Source of the DNA: Bacteroidia bacterium | GTDB lineage: Bacteria; Bacteroidota; Bacteroidia; SXHM01 | NCBI GenBank assembly: GCA_022072225.1 | Contig: JAJVIC010000006.1 | Coordinates: 73,785 to 137,784 of the forward strand | DNA length: 64,000 bases | Direction of reading: 5' to 3' | Shown: positions 49,042-59,086 of the stretch, piece after piece | Layout of the letters: the number at the start of each line of letters is the position of its first letter | Position numbering within the stretch: position 1 is the first letter of the stretch | The notes under the pieces: model-generated | The model's database searches: none | Told to the model about the DNA's origin: nothing | Seen by the model: only the letters and a program-made list of their open reading frames with translations | Made by a program: the position numbers and the translations under genes

Positions 49042-49124
49042 CGGGATAAAATAAGTCCAAAAGTATTAAAATTGAACACATTACTTATAAAACCAATATG
49101 TTACGAGTTATAAATTATAAATAA

Positions 49125-49157
49125 AAAACACCATTTCAAAAAATGAAATGGTGTTTT
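49125..49157 (-). terminator. Intrinsic terminator after MTase (copy 2)
   Basis: AAAACACCATTTCA/TGAAATGGTGTTTT 14-bp stem. Confidence 0.7.
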
Positions 49158-49162
49158 AGTTT

Positions 49163-49813
49163 TTATCCTAATAAATCACATCCAAGGAAATTGCGTTGTA
49201 CTTCACTTGCTGAAGTTAGCACTGAGTACCCACCGGCTGCGGGGTCAATTACTGTATCACCAACATCAGTTACTGCTTCAATTAAGCGTTTTTGTAATTC
49301 TATCGGTTTTGAATGAGCGTGATTTTTCTTTGTAATCTTTTCATTCCACACATCCGGAATGTTATGTATTTTCCAAATACCCTTTATTCTCACTGGCAGC
49401 TTCTGAAAAATAACAAGATACTCGCTTTTCTTTCGGGTTCTATATCCTAACCCAATCCGTCCCTTATCCCACGTCACAAAATCAACCAGCTTCAAATTAG
49501 TTCCGGTAACCAATGAATGAAGGCTATTTACCAGCATGTACTTGTCTACCCATAACATCATATGTCCGCTTGGTAACAGAATACGGTCAATCTCCTTGAT
49601 AAACTTTGCAATCAAATCATCGTTCATCTGAGGTAACTTGAAACGTTCTTTTAGCTTCTTTCCTTCATTCCCGTATTTCAATTGGTCAAACAACCCGCGA
49701 TACTGCGGGTCAAAAAAGACAAGCTTAATACTTTCCTTCGCAAGCTGCGAAAGCAGTTTCAAGCCATCCATTTTGTTTCTCGTATTGAGTTTTAATCGTG
49801 GGTTGTTTGACAC
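49163..49813 (-). CDS. DNA methyltransferase (copy 2)
   Basis: Near-identical protein to 6306-6956. Confidence 0.8.
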   Translation of the reverse strand: MSNNPRLKLNTRNKMDGLKLLSQLAKESIKLVFFDPQYRGLFDQLKYGNEGKKLKERFKLPQMNDDLIAKFIKEIDRILLPSGHMMLWVDKYMLVNSLHSLVTGTNLKLVDFVTWDKGRIGLGYRTRKKSEYLVIFQKLPVRIKGIWKIHNIPDVWNEKITKKNHAHSKPIELQKRLIEAVTDVGDTVIDPAAGGYSVLTSASEVQRNFLGCDLLG

Positions 49814-49834
49814 AAATGTTCATGGTGATTACTT

Positions 49835-50278
49835 TTAAACCTGTCCGTTATCTGCCATAGAATAATATCCTTCGGAAGTGAGAATGAGGTGATCAACGAT
49901 GTTAATACCAATCGCTTTTCCAAACGTGTGAAGATTTGCAGTCAATGAAATATCCTGGGATGAGGGCTGCAAATTTCCACTCGGGTGGTTGTGACACAGA
50001 ATGACATTGGTTGCATTCGTCAGTAATGCCAATTGGAAAATTTCTTTTGTATTCACTCCGGTTCCAACTGTGGACCCAACTGAGATTTCTGCTATACCCA
50101 ACACTTGCTGCGCCTGGGAAAGAACCATAACAAGGAAAAATTCTTTGTAGTCAATTCTTTTTTCATCAATGAAGGCGCGAAAGACAGGTTCGGCTTCACT
50201 GGATTTAACCACCTTGACCATTTCTGAAAGAACGGGGCGGGTATAATGTATTTGGATTTCGTTAATAATGTGTTTCAT
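49835..50278 (-). CDS. radC: RadC-like JAB protein (copy 2)
   Basis: CHNHPSGNLQPSSQD, VDHLIL. Confidence 0.9.
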   Translation of the reverse strand: MKHIINEIQIHYTRPVLSEMVKVVKSSEAEPVFRAFIDEKRIDYKEFFLVMVLSQAQQVLGIAEISVGSTVGTGVNTKEIFQLALLTNATNVILCHNHPSGNLQPSSQDISLTANLHTFGKAIGINIVDHLILTSEGYYSMADNGQV

Positions 50279-50372
50279 GTTTTTTGATTTTGGTGAATGA
50301 AATTTTGAGACGGCATTTAGTGCCGATTGTGTTTGATGGAAAAAATGAAAGTCACTCATGGTGACTTTCATT

Positions 50373-51155
50373 TCAAAATAATTGCAGTTGGGATGGAGGT
50401 AGTGGTTTTTCCTCTGTTTTTCTTTCTTCCGAAGGAAGTTGAAGTTTCATTTCCTGAAACTGTGCTTGCTGCGATAGCCAAATACTCGATGCTTCTTTTT
50501 CAATCTTGAATATTCCTAATGGGAAAATTGAAATTTTGTAGCCAAAGCGGAAATCATTTCGGGCTAGTGCATCTGCACAAATGACTTCGCCTCGAAGACT
50601 ATTGAGGAATAGATTGATTGCCGTTATCTTCACACAGCGCGGATCAATATCTATCCCATAATAGCTATGCATACACTTGCTTTCTTTCGCAAATGCTAAA
50701 AGCATTCTGCCGCTTCCACAGGATGGGTCCAACACATTTGCAGACTTTGTTTCTTCACCGCGTACCATTTCTGCCATCATCTGGCACACATGAAAAGGGG
50801 TAAAGAACTGCCCGTTTCTGCCGTGACTTAATTCCTGTTCAAAGAAAGTTCCCAATAAATCATTGCCTTGGGAATTGTCCTTGTTTTCTTCCATGTAGAG
50901 AATGAGTTCAGCAAATAGCTCAGGGAAGTATTTCAGTGTCCCTAACGCTTTATATGGCTCTATAACGCGCATATACTCGTCCTCGTAGTAGGATAGCCCG
51001 TTCTCAGGATTACGGGTAAGGCATGCAATGCAGATAGTGAGAAAATCATCGAATACCTGCTCGTAGCTGCTCCCGTATGCAGCTTTGTCAAAAACTGCTT
51101 TGAATGATTGTAAAGTGCGGATACCGGTTTTGGTTTCCTTGGATGTTGTTTTCAT
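50373..51155 (-). CDS. N-6 DNA methylase-like protein (copy 2)
   Basis: GQFFTP, DPSCGSG; no NPPF/Y. Confidence 0.8.
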   Translation of the reverse strand: MKTTSKETKTGIRTLQSFKAVFDKAAYGSSYEQVFDDFLTICIACLTRNPENGLSYYEDEYMRVIEPYKALGTLKYFPELFAELILYMEENKDNSQGNDLLGTFFEQELSHGRNGQFFTPFHVCQMMAEMVRGEETKSANVLDPSCGSGRMLLAFAKESKCMHSYYGIDIDPRCVKITAINLFLNSLRGEVICADALARNDFRFGYKISIFPLGIFKIEKEASSIWLSQQAQFQEMKLQLPSEERKTEEKPLPPSQLQLF

Positions 51156-51233
51156 GGCTCTTTGATTTTGTAATGAACTATTTTCAAAGAGTATAGACCT
51201 GATAACAAACAGTAAACAGAAGTCAAAATATGC

Positions 51234-52397
51234 CTAATAGGCAATTGTGGTAGCACTGAAAGGTCGTGAGGGTGTGCCGTCAATCATGAGGGTTAAGTAA
51301 ATATGGTAGTTGGGTAAATTCACAAAATCTTCAACGGAAAAGGTTGGGTACATCTTCTGCGCCATGACTGATGCATCTGCGGTATCAACACGAAATGAAA
51401 TATGCGTACCGACATTTCCCAACACCGCATTCAAAATATCCTGTTGCAACTGCTTCATGTATTGATGTGCGAGAATCATCCCCACCTTATATTTTCTTAA
51501 TTCGGAAAGCATATTCACCAATGAAAGTGTGCTGAAATTTTGGAATTCATCGAGATAAATAAAGAAAGGAACGCGATTTTCTTCTTGCACTGTTACGCGG
51601 GAAAATGCTGCTGAAGAAAGTGACGTAAGTAAAAGGGCTCCTAAGATTTGGCACACATCTTCCCCAATTGCACCTTTTGACAGGTTTACCAATAGTATCT
51701 TTTTTTCATCCATTATTTTCCGCAGAGATATTTCTTCTGTATTTTCAATGATGACACGCTTAATAGCTGGGTATGCAAGTAGTCCACCTATTTTGTTTAA
51801 TACAGGAAGCACATCGTTATACATATATCGAGGAAACTCTTTTTTCCAAAATGTCTTTACATCTTCATTCACTACATTTTCTAATACTTCATTGCGAAAA
51901 GATTTATCATATATCATCTTATTAATGTCCGACATTTTTGCGCTTGGCTGGTCTAATAATGCTAAGAGCGTAAAGCGAAGAATATGCTCAAGCTTAACAC
52001 CCCAAGCAGTTGACCAAAGCTTTTTAAAGACTTCGATAATGCTTGAAGCAATTAAGGAACGTTTTTCATATGACACTTTCCGAAGTGGGTTATATGCAAA
52101 CGGTTGTTTTGGGTCTGTGATGTCCATATAAATAACATCTCCTTTTCTGTGTTCAGGAATACGTTCCTTTATTTCACTGACTAAATCACCGTGCGGGTCA
52201 AGCAAACAAACACCATTGCCATTTTTTAGGTCGTGAAGAATTTTGGTTTTAAGTAAAGTTGTTTTACCTGTTCCTGTTTTTCCAATGATGTAGGTATGCA
52301 AAAGCCTGTCGGCTTGTTTAATGCCGAACAGCGTTCCTTTATTTCGCCAGCTTACACGGGCGAAATAGAGTATGGCTTTGTTTTGAAATTCATTCAC
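51234..52397 (-). CDS. VirD4/TraD/HerA-like ATPase (copy 2)
   Basis: GKTGTGKT, YLDEFQ, LAHQ. Confidence 0.85.
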   Translation of the reverse strand: MNEFQNKAILYFARVSWRNKGTLFGIKQADRLLHTYIIGKTGTGKTTLLKTKILHDLKNGNGVCLLDPHGDLVSEIKERIPEHRKGDVIYMDITDPKQPFAYNPLRKVSYEKRSLIASSIIEVFKKLWSTAWGVKLEHILRFTLLALLDQPSAKMSDINKMIYDKSFRNEVLENVVNEDVKTFWKKEFPRYMYNDVLPVLNKIGGLLAYPAIKRVIIENTEEISLRKIMDEKKILLVNLSKGAIGEDVCQILGALLLTSLSSAAFSRVTVQEENRVPFFIYLDEFQNFSTLSLVNMLSELRKYKVGMILAHQYMKQLQQDILNAVLGNVGTHISFRVDTADASVMAQKMYPTFSVEDFVNLPNYHIYLTLMIDGTPSRPFSATTIAY

Positions 52398-52465
52398 TAC
52401 TCCATTATCCTAAACTGGAGAAATGGAAATAGAATGCAATTTTTGCCAAATGTGATAGGATTAAA

Positions 52466-54193
52466 TTACTCTGAAATATTCTTCTCAGACTGAAGTTTGT
52501 CAATCAGGCAAGTTCGAAGCTGTTGAAGCTTCTCCCGCAGAATGGAAATTGATACCCAATAACAACTTTTCTGACTATACAACATATGGTCGGTTTCAGG
52601 TTCGAAGCACTTCTTTTTTGCCTGATAAACAACTTCACACTCTTTAATTATCTGATAGCACTTTCGCGTTGTATATTCAAGCTTTTTATCTTTTATTTTT
52701 AGGTTCGAAGCAAATTCAGAAGCAATATTTTTTTTCTTGATTTCTTCAGCTTTTAGAAATTTATCTACTGCAAGTACAGCAAACCGAAAATGTTCCTGCG
52801 CGGCTTTTTTCCAGTTTAGGCTACAATCTTTTTGAAATTTTAACTCCTGTTGAATGCTCACAATCTCGGTTTCCGATTTTTGTCGTAATGCGCGAAATTC
52901 TTCACCAGTAATCTCATTATCTGCTCTCATTTTAACCAAACCTTCTAATCGGTTTTCTAATTCAGTTTTTCGTTTTTCAAGCTGTGTTAATTGAATAGAA
53001 TGAGAATTATTCACTTCGTCAAAATGAGCTAATTCCTGTAACACATATTCGTAGAATTCCTGATTAATAGAAATTGCTGCAAGTCCTTTTTTTATTTCAT
53101 TTTCAATATGAATATCTGAAACGCACCCCTCTGTACAATCTCCATGATTTTTTGTACACCGATAATACACTTTATCAATTATCGTTGGTTTTGCTGGCAT
53201 ATCACGTAAATCAGTTTTACAGCTTGGACATATAGTATTTGTTATGATTGAAAACTTGTATTTGCAATTTGTACAGATTGCTTGAAGTTTGCGTTCGGCA
53301 GTTACGAACCCGCCACAACCACCACAGGAAATAAGTCCACGATAGGGATAGATATATGTGGTTTGTCGTGTTGGATTTCCATAACCTCTTAAAATTCGTT
53401 GGACTTTTTCAAATTCTTGTACGCTTACCATTTTTTTGTGCTTGCCTTCATGTTTTAGAAGTTCTCCATTTTCATCTTTGGTATAGAAAAAGCCGCAATA
53501 GAACTCATTCGTAAATAGCCGATGGTAGGTGTTGTGAGAAAGAGTATTTCCTGCGGAATTATGTAACCCCATTTTATTTCCTTCTCGTCTTATTGAAGCC
53601 ACGGAATAGTTGCCGGTAAGCATCTTTCTCCAAAGACTTTTTACAAGATTGAAGGTTTTTGAAGTTGGTACAATTTCATCATCGATGCCCAGCCGATAGC
53701 CTGTATTGTGTTTATATCCTATGGGCATATGTTGACTTCCATACCACCCGCGTTCGGCTTTCCGTCTAAGTCCTCGTTTAACATCAACGCTTAAATCCTT
53801 AATGTATTGGTTAGCCATACCAAATTCGACCTGCATCATTAAAACGTTATCAGAGGGCTTATAATCCCTTCCATAGGTCTGTATATGTTTAATGGTATTT
53901 TGTTGCAGTAGCCAACTAATTTGACCTCCATCTACCGGATTACGTGCTAACCTGTTTAATTTCCAGCATAAAATTCCTTGAGCTTCTCCCTTGTGAATAC
54001 GTTTTAGCATAGTATTGAAACCTATTCTTCCTGGCTCCTTCGCGGATTTGGCTTCTGAAATAGTGTCAACTATTTCTAATTTGGAATCCTTAGCCAATTG
54101 TAGCATCTCTGCAATCTGGTCTTCAATTGAAGCCATTTGCTTGTCTTCTGATTCGGTTGATTTTCGGGCATAAATAAAATATTTGATGGTCAT
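52466..54193 (-). CDS. Large serine recombinase A (divergent allele)
   Basis: YARKST, WKLNRLARN, double Zn motif. Confidence 0.92.
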   Translation of the reverse strand: MTIKYFIYARKSTESEDKQMASIEDQIAEMLQLAKDSKLEIVDTISEAKSAKEPGRIGFNTMLKRIHKGEAQGILCWKLNRLARNPVDGGQISWLLQQNTIKHIQTYGRDYKPSDNVLMMQVEFGMANQYIKDLSVDVKRGLRRKAERGWYGSQHMPIGYKHNTGYRLGIDDEIVPTSKTFNLVKSLWRKMLTGNYSVASIRREGNKMGLHNSAGNTLSHNTYHRLFTNEFYCGFFYTKDENGELLKHEGKHKKMVSVQEFEKVQRILRGYGNPTRQTTYIYPYRGLISCGGCGGFVTAERKLQAICTNCKYKFSIITNTICPSCKTDLRDMPAKPTIIDKVYYRCTKNHGDCTEGCVSDIHIENEIKKGLAAISINQEFYEYVLQELAHFDEVNNSHSIQLTQLEKRKTELENRLEGLVKMRADNEITGEEFRALRQKSETEIVSIQQELKFQKDCSLNWKKAAQEHFRFAVLAVDKFLKAEEIKKKNIASEFASNLKIKDKKLEYTTRKCYQIIKECEVVYQAKKKCFEPETDHMLYSQKSCYWVSISILREKLQQLRTCLIDKLQSEKNISE

Positions 54194-54459
54194 AAAATAT
54201 TGTCCTTCGCATAATGCGGTTGTGTTACAAAATCATCCTGACTCGCTTTTAGCGAAGAGTCAAGTGAGCTATCTCGGCTTTCAGGATAATCACAGAATAC
54301 AGGATTATCCTCTATGATTTCCGCAATAAATCGCATCAGGTGCAATGCCTCTGTATGTGCCTGCTCGCTTGAAAGTTCTTCACCGAAATATTTTTTATGC
54401 AACTCCTGATACTTGGCGATTTGTTCCTCTGTTAATGAAGTTGGTTTAAAAATTGGCAT
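54190..54459 (-). CDS. Small protein upstream of recombinase A (copy 2)
   Basis: Homologue of 11397-11579; 4-nt overlap with recombinase start. Confidence 0.7.
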   Translation of the reverse strand: MPIFKPTSLTEEQIAKYQELHKKYFGEELSSEQAHTEALHLMRFIAEIIEDNPVFCDYPESRDSSLDSSLKASQDDFVTQPHYAKDNIL

Positions 54460-54570
54460 TCATAAACTGTAGCGGCATATACTTTCAAAAAACAGAAGCA
54501 AAAAATTGCCAATTGAAGAGTCAAATAATCGCTTCTGTTTATTCTTTTTTCATCCAAGGATAATTGCTGG

Positions 54571-55071
54571 ATGGATTATAAATACACAACTCATGTCCCC
54601 AATGAGCTTTTTGATAAACATTTGCCACACCTCACGTTTGCAGAACTTAAAATCTTGCTAATTATCATTCGTCAAACGCAAGGCTGGGTAGATCCCAAAA
54701 CAGGCAAGCGAAAAGTGCGGGATAGGATTTCAAGAACAATGTTTATGTCTAAAACTAATCTTTCCAGACGGGTCATTTCACATACCATTCAATCCCTCGT
54801 TACGAAGGAACTAATTACAGTAACTGACTATACTGGCGCTGAGCTTACTGCACCTCATGAACGCAAAGGACAATTTCTATATTACTCATTGTATAGCCCA
54901 ATACAGGGGCATTTAGAGACACCTGCAAGGGCATTACCGTTACCTACTCCAGGGCATCTAGTGAACCATATCAAAAGAAAAAATAAAAAAGAAAATAGAA
55001 CAAAAGAAACCGTTCAATCCATCGGAAATATTTTAGAAAAAATGTATAAAAAGTATTTCCATAAAAAGTAA
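54571..55071 (+). CDS. Phage O-like replication initiator (copy 2)
   Basis: Near-identical to 11692-12192. Confidence 0.7.
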   Translation: MDYKYTTHVPNELFDKHLPHLTFAELKILLIIIRQTQGWVDPKTGKRKVRDRISRTMFMSKTNLSRRVISHTIQSLVTKELITVTDYTGAELTAPHERKGQFLYYSLYSPIQGHLETPARALPLPTPGHLVNHIKRKNKKENRTKETVQSIGNILEKMYKKYFHKK

Positions 55072-55314
55072 TTGGTTGTTGAAAATCTGTCCGCAGGTGT
55101 GCCCCCTAAAAAAGCACACCTGCGGTTTCGTTTCTCAAATAAACCGATTGCGTGTTTTTACTGCACACAATTTCCCCACGAAATGAACGGACTTGTTACC
55201 AAACGGTAAGTAACCGCGAAAAAAATTTGCCAAAGTGGCATATTCTGTATTCTGTTTTTCCTTAAGTCGGTTTCGTATCATTTACTTATTACAAAGTAAT
55301 TGAAAATCATTTTT

Positions 55315-55674
55315 ATGAAACATAATGTGAACTATTTGCGAACCTATCGCAAGCAAACAGAGATAACGCAAGCCGACATGGCTTTTTTATTACACAAGGA
55401 AGATAACTCAAATCTTTCACGGTGTGAGAAAGGAAAACGTGCGCCCAGTGTCCATATGATCATTGTGTACAGCTTACTATTTAACACTCCGGTGATTTCA
55501 TTTTTCACCAATCAACGGGACCTGATTAAACAACGGCTTATTGACCGCATACAAGAACTGATTGAGCAATTAAAAACAGAAGACCCAACCGAAAATATTA
55601 TATCTCGAATTGATTATTTGCAAAAGGCGCTTATTAGACTAACCGAAGAAAAAACATATGAAAAACAACAATAG
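55315..55674 (+). CDS. XRE-HTH protein (copy 2)
   Basis: Near-identical to 12434-12793. Confidence 0.85.
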   Translation: MKHNVNYLRTYRKQTEITQADMAFLLHKEDNSNLSRCEKGKRAPSVHMIIVYSLLFNTPVISFFTNQRDLIKQRLIDRIQELIEQLKTEDPTENIISRIDYLQKALIRLTEEKTYEKQQ

Positions 55675-56155
55675 AGAAATGGTTCTTGCACTATATCCTA
55701 ATCGGCAAGGGTTCGGGTATGCGTTCTTGGAAAAGCTGACCGAACCAAGGGATTGCGGAGTTGTTACAATTCGCCCTATCAGTAATCACAAGTGTTTGGA
55801 GCGAATAAAAAAATTCATCGAATATTACCAGCCAACTCTTATCATTCTTGAAGACCCTGAAGGTAAAACTTCATGGAAAAGTTTGCGTGTGAAAAAATTG
55901 ATATACAGCATTACAGATTTTTGCCAACTCAACAACATTACTGTAAAAAAGTACTCTCGTGAACAAATACGATTCGTGTTTTCGGAATTTAATGTAAAAT
56001 CAAAGTATGAGATAGCTGCACAGATAATAAAGTGGCTACCACAGTTCAAAAACAAAATGCCCGAAGTACGAAAGCCTTGGATGTGTCAGGATTATAACAT
56101 GGTGTTGTTTGATGCGCTTTCACTTGCTATTACTCATTTTTATCTGACAGAATAA
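55658..56155 (+). CDS. RuvC/RNase H-fold protein (copy 2)
   Basis: Near-identical to 12777-13274. Confidence 0.6.
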   Translation: MKNNNREMVLALYPNRQGFGYAFLEKLTEPRDCGVVTIRPISNHKCLERIKKFIEYYQPTLIILEDPEGKTSWKSLRVKKLIYSITDFCQLNNITVKKYSREQIRFVFSEFNVKSKYEIAAQIIKWLPQFKNKMPEVRKPWMCQDYNMVLFDALSLAITHFYLTE

Positions 56156-56163
56156 AGAAACTA

Positions 56164-57165
56164 CTATGCTCTTTTGGCTATTCGTTCACCAGGATGCCAT
56201 GCTTGCGGGTGAAATTTAGATTCTTTAAATGTAATTAAAGCCTCATCAATCAACAAACGTAATTGAGGATCATTTGTGTTGATATAAGGTCTTAAGTCCA
56301 GTAAATTATCCTCTCTGTAAAGGCATCTTTGTAACTTTCCATCTGCTGTCAGGCGTAAGGCCATTATGCCATCCTGGCAAGGAAATAGTGGGCAGTTATT
56401 GCAGGTATCGCCATAATGATTGCCAACAGTTGAGTCTTTAACAGAAATTTTAGCTCCATTTTTCATGGTAAACGTTGGCATGGGTATACCTAACCCTCCT
56501 GCCTGAGTTTCTATTTCTTCATGAATAGCAAACTTCCGTAATTGTGGAAATACCTCCGTCAGATTCATAAAGAATGCATTTTCTGTATCTTCTATAAACT
56601 GTTTTGGCAATTGCATATAATCAAGCAATTTCCAGTCAATATTATTTAATGTTGAAATAAAATTTATAAAATCTACGATTTCATTATCATTAATATCCTT
56701 CATCACAACAGTATTAAGCTTTACCGGTAAACCTATCTCATTGCAAACCTTAATGCCTGCTAATAGTTTATCTAATAAATCAACCTTGGTTATTTCTTTT
56801 AGCTTATCCTTATTCAGGGAATCCAAACTAATAGTAACTGAATCGATGCCTGCTTCTTTCAGGAGTGGCGCTTGTTCGCTTAATTTTAAGCTCCTGGTAA
56901 CAATTGAAATATCTTTAACACCATCCATTTCATTGACAGCTTTTATCATCTTGTAGATGTCTTTATGAAGCATTGGTTCACCTCCAGTAAACCTAATAGA
57001 AGTAACACCAGCTTTTACAATTTCTCCCATGAGAAAAATGAAATCGTTGGCAGATAGTTTGGCTTCCTTTTCAATTGATGCGCAACCTTCGCCTTCTGGG
57101 CGGCAATAGAAGCATTTTTTGTCACAAATTTCTGTTACGCATACTCTTAAATGTGGGATTTTCAT
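56164..57165 (-). CDS. MoaA-like radical SAM enzyme
   Basis: CDKKCFYC, FTGGEP, C-terminal CNNC...LRLTADGKLQRCL; no terminal GG. Confidence 0.85.
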   Translation of the reverse strand: MKIPHLRVCVTEICDKKCFYCRPEGEGCASIEKEAKLSANDFIFLMGEIVKAGVTSIRFTGGEPMLHKDIYKMIKAVNEMDGVKDISIVTRSLKLSEQAPLLKEAGIDSVTISLDSLNKDKLKEITKVDLLDKLLAGIKVCNEIGLPVKLNTVVMKDINDNEIVDFINFISTLNNIDWKLLDYMQLPKQFIEDTENAFFMNLTEVFPQLRKFAIHEEIETQAGGLGIPMPTFTMKNGAKISVKDSTVGNHYGDTCNNCPLFPCQDGIMALRLTADGKLQRCLYREDNLLDLRPYINTNDPQLRLLIDEALITFKESKFHPQAWHPGERIAKRA

Positions 57166-57173
57166 GTTGTTGA

Positions 57174-58484
57174 TTATAAATGTACATAAGGACTATTTTC
57201 AGAATTAAATTTATGTATGATAGGTTCCCATTGCGGATTAACCCATGGTGTTTCTATTGTATAATAATCAAAGTATGCCCATTGCTCCAATGACGCGGGT
57301 GCTTTGAAACCTGCTGCTATTGCTTCCTCAAATAATGGGGTTCCTGGATAAGGAGCATAGAAATGTAATTTAACATCATGGCGGGGGTCGATAGCTCTGA
57401 TATGAGATGCTAATTCCAGAGTTTTTTCTATCTCATCTTTATCACCACAGTTAGGGAACCCTACTACAAAAGTAAAACTGCCCACAACGTCATATCTGCT
57501 GCATTTCTCAGCAAGACTAACAGTCATAGCAGGGGTTATTTCTTTTTTAATAATATCCAGTGCATTTTGGGAACCCGATTCAGCTCCTATTAGGAGACGT
57601 GAGCATCGTGAGCGGTTTAATAACTGCCATTGATCTTCAGTTAAACCATTTAATGTTTTAGGGTGACCAGATGCTGCCCAGGTAATATTATAATCAGTAT
57701 TTCCTAATGCCTCAGCAAACTGCATGACTAACGGTATATTCACAAAAAAATTAGCGTCATAAAATTTAATTGCATTTGCCTCGCCTGAATGCACTAAATA
57801 ATCAATGTCTTGCATTATTCTCTGTACTCCATATGATTTCCACCTTCTGTTGTACAGTGCAACTTCTGAACAAAATGTGCATTCAAAAGGACACCCCTGG
57901 CTGGAAACATAGTTTAAAATTTGAGTTCCGATCTTCGGGTCATTTCGCAGGTATTTTTTTACATCAATAAGTTGCCACGGAAATTCAGGCAGGATATTTT
58001 TATTACGTAGCGGCAATTGACCATTGTTGATTATATCTTGCTTTTCTTTATAAAGAATATTATCAATAGCTCTCAGGCTTTTACCTGTTTTTAATGCGTC
58101 AACTATTCCCTTAAAGGCGAATTCGCCCTGACCTTTAACTACTATGTCAATACATGGGTGTGCTATGGTTAATTCTGGGAAGATTGTAGCATGAGGGCCA
58201 CCCCAAACAGTAGTAATTTCAGGGTTGTGTTCTTTTATCTTTTTTGCAAAAGATAAGCCTCCGCTTATTTGGTGCCCGGTCATAGCACTAATTCCTACAC
58301 AAAGGCAATTCTCAGTAAGGTTCTTAAAATCAATTTCGTTATCTTTTAAATTATCATCGATTATTATTACTTCAAAATCATTGGCTACCACGCTAGCGAT
58401 AGACAAAAGAGAATAGGGTATCCAATAGAAAGAATAAAACCTCTCATGATGAGTTGCAGGATGATATAGTACTATTTTTTCCAT
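57174..58484 (-). CDS. B12-binding radical SAM enzyme
   Basis: VGISAMT, VWGGPHAT, GQGE, GCPFECTFC, IGAESGS, PYPGTPL. Confidence 0.9.
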   Translation of the reverse strand: MEKIVLYHPATHHERFYSFYWIPYSLLSIASVVANDFEVIIIDDNLKDNEIDFKNLTENCLCVGISAMTGHQISGGLSFAKKIKEHNPEITTVWGGPHATIFPELTIAHPCIDIVVKGQGEFAFKGIVDALKTGKSLRAIDNILYKEKQDIINNGQLPLRNKNILPEFPWQLIDVKKYLRNDPKIGTQILNYVSSQGCPFECTFCSEVALYNRRWKSYGVQRIMQDIDYLVHSGEANAIKFYDANFFVNIPLVMQFAEALGNTDYNITWAASGHPKTLNGLTEDQWQLLNRSRCSRLLIGAESGSQNALDIIKKEITPAMTVSLAEKCSRYDVVGSFTFVVGFPNCGDKDEIEKTLELASHIRAIDPRHDVKLHFYAPYPGTPLFEEAIAAGFKAPASLEQWAYFDYYTIETPWVNPQWEPIIHKFNSENSPYVHL

Positions 58485-58507
58485 CGGATACCTGGCTTAA
58501 ATCCTTC

Positions 58508-58894
58508 TTACTGTTTTATGAATTGTGATATTTCCCATAAATTATTGTCAGGGTCTGCGAAATAGGCTACGCGTTGACCCCAAGGCATTGTTTTTGGTTC
58601 AATTAGAAACTTAACACCTGCATTTTTAAGTTTGGAATAATACTCATCTACATCGTCTACTGCATCCCAAGCCAAAATCATAGGTCTTGAGTCTGAACTT
58701 ACAGACAGTAACCCTCCGCATAAATCTTTAGCGGTGTTTTTGTCTAAAAGAGCGATAGTTGTCCCATCGGTTTTAAAGTCTGCGAAACTTTCCGATTCGT
58801 TCTGGACCTCTAATCCTAGTTTATCTCTGTAAAAAGAGATTGATTTTTTTAAATCAGCCACTACAAGGGCGATTGCCATAATTTTTTTAGTCAT
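58508..58894 (-). CDS. VOC/glyoxalase/bleomycin-resistance family protein
   Basis: VADLKKSISFYRDKLGL, MPWGQRVAYFADPDNNLWEI; TACTTTTG -7 box at 58925-58932. Confidence 0.9.
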   Translation of the reverse strand: MTKKIMAIALVVADLKKSISFYRDKLGLEVQNESESFADFKTDGTTIALLDKNTAKDLCGGLLSVSSDSRPMILAWDAVDDVDEYYSKLKNAGVKFLIEPKTMPWGQRVAYFADPDNNLWEISQFIKQ

Positions 58895-58982
58895 GTTGTT
58901 TTTATTTAAAGGGTTAATAATGATCAAAAGTATAGCTATTTTTTGCTTGATTTGCACTCTATACCTTTATAATCAAGTAAAT

Positions 58983-59032
58983 ACTGACACAAGATTGTCA
59001 GTGATAAGGGCATGCTGACATATAGTTGTCAG
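58983..59032. promoter_or_regulatory. Two TGACA-N6-TGTCA operator boxes in the divergent promoter
   Basis: ACTGACA-caagat-TGTCAGT (58983-59002) and CTGACA-tatagt-TGTCAG (59015-59032). Confidence 0.75.
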
Positions 59033-59086
59033 TGATTGGAAACCGTTGAACCTATGGTTTAAAAATTATTTAATTTCGACCTCAAT

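Larger units (their letters stand above)
49150..56150. repeat. Backbone core, copy 2
   Basis: Diverged direct repeat of ~6290-13270. Confidence 0.95.
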
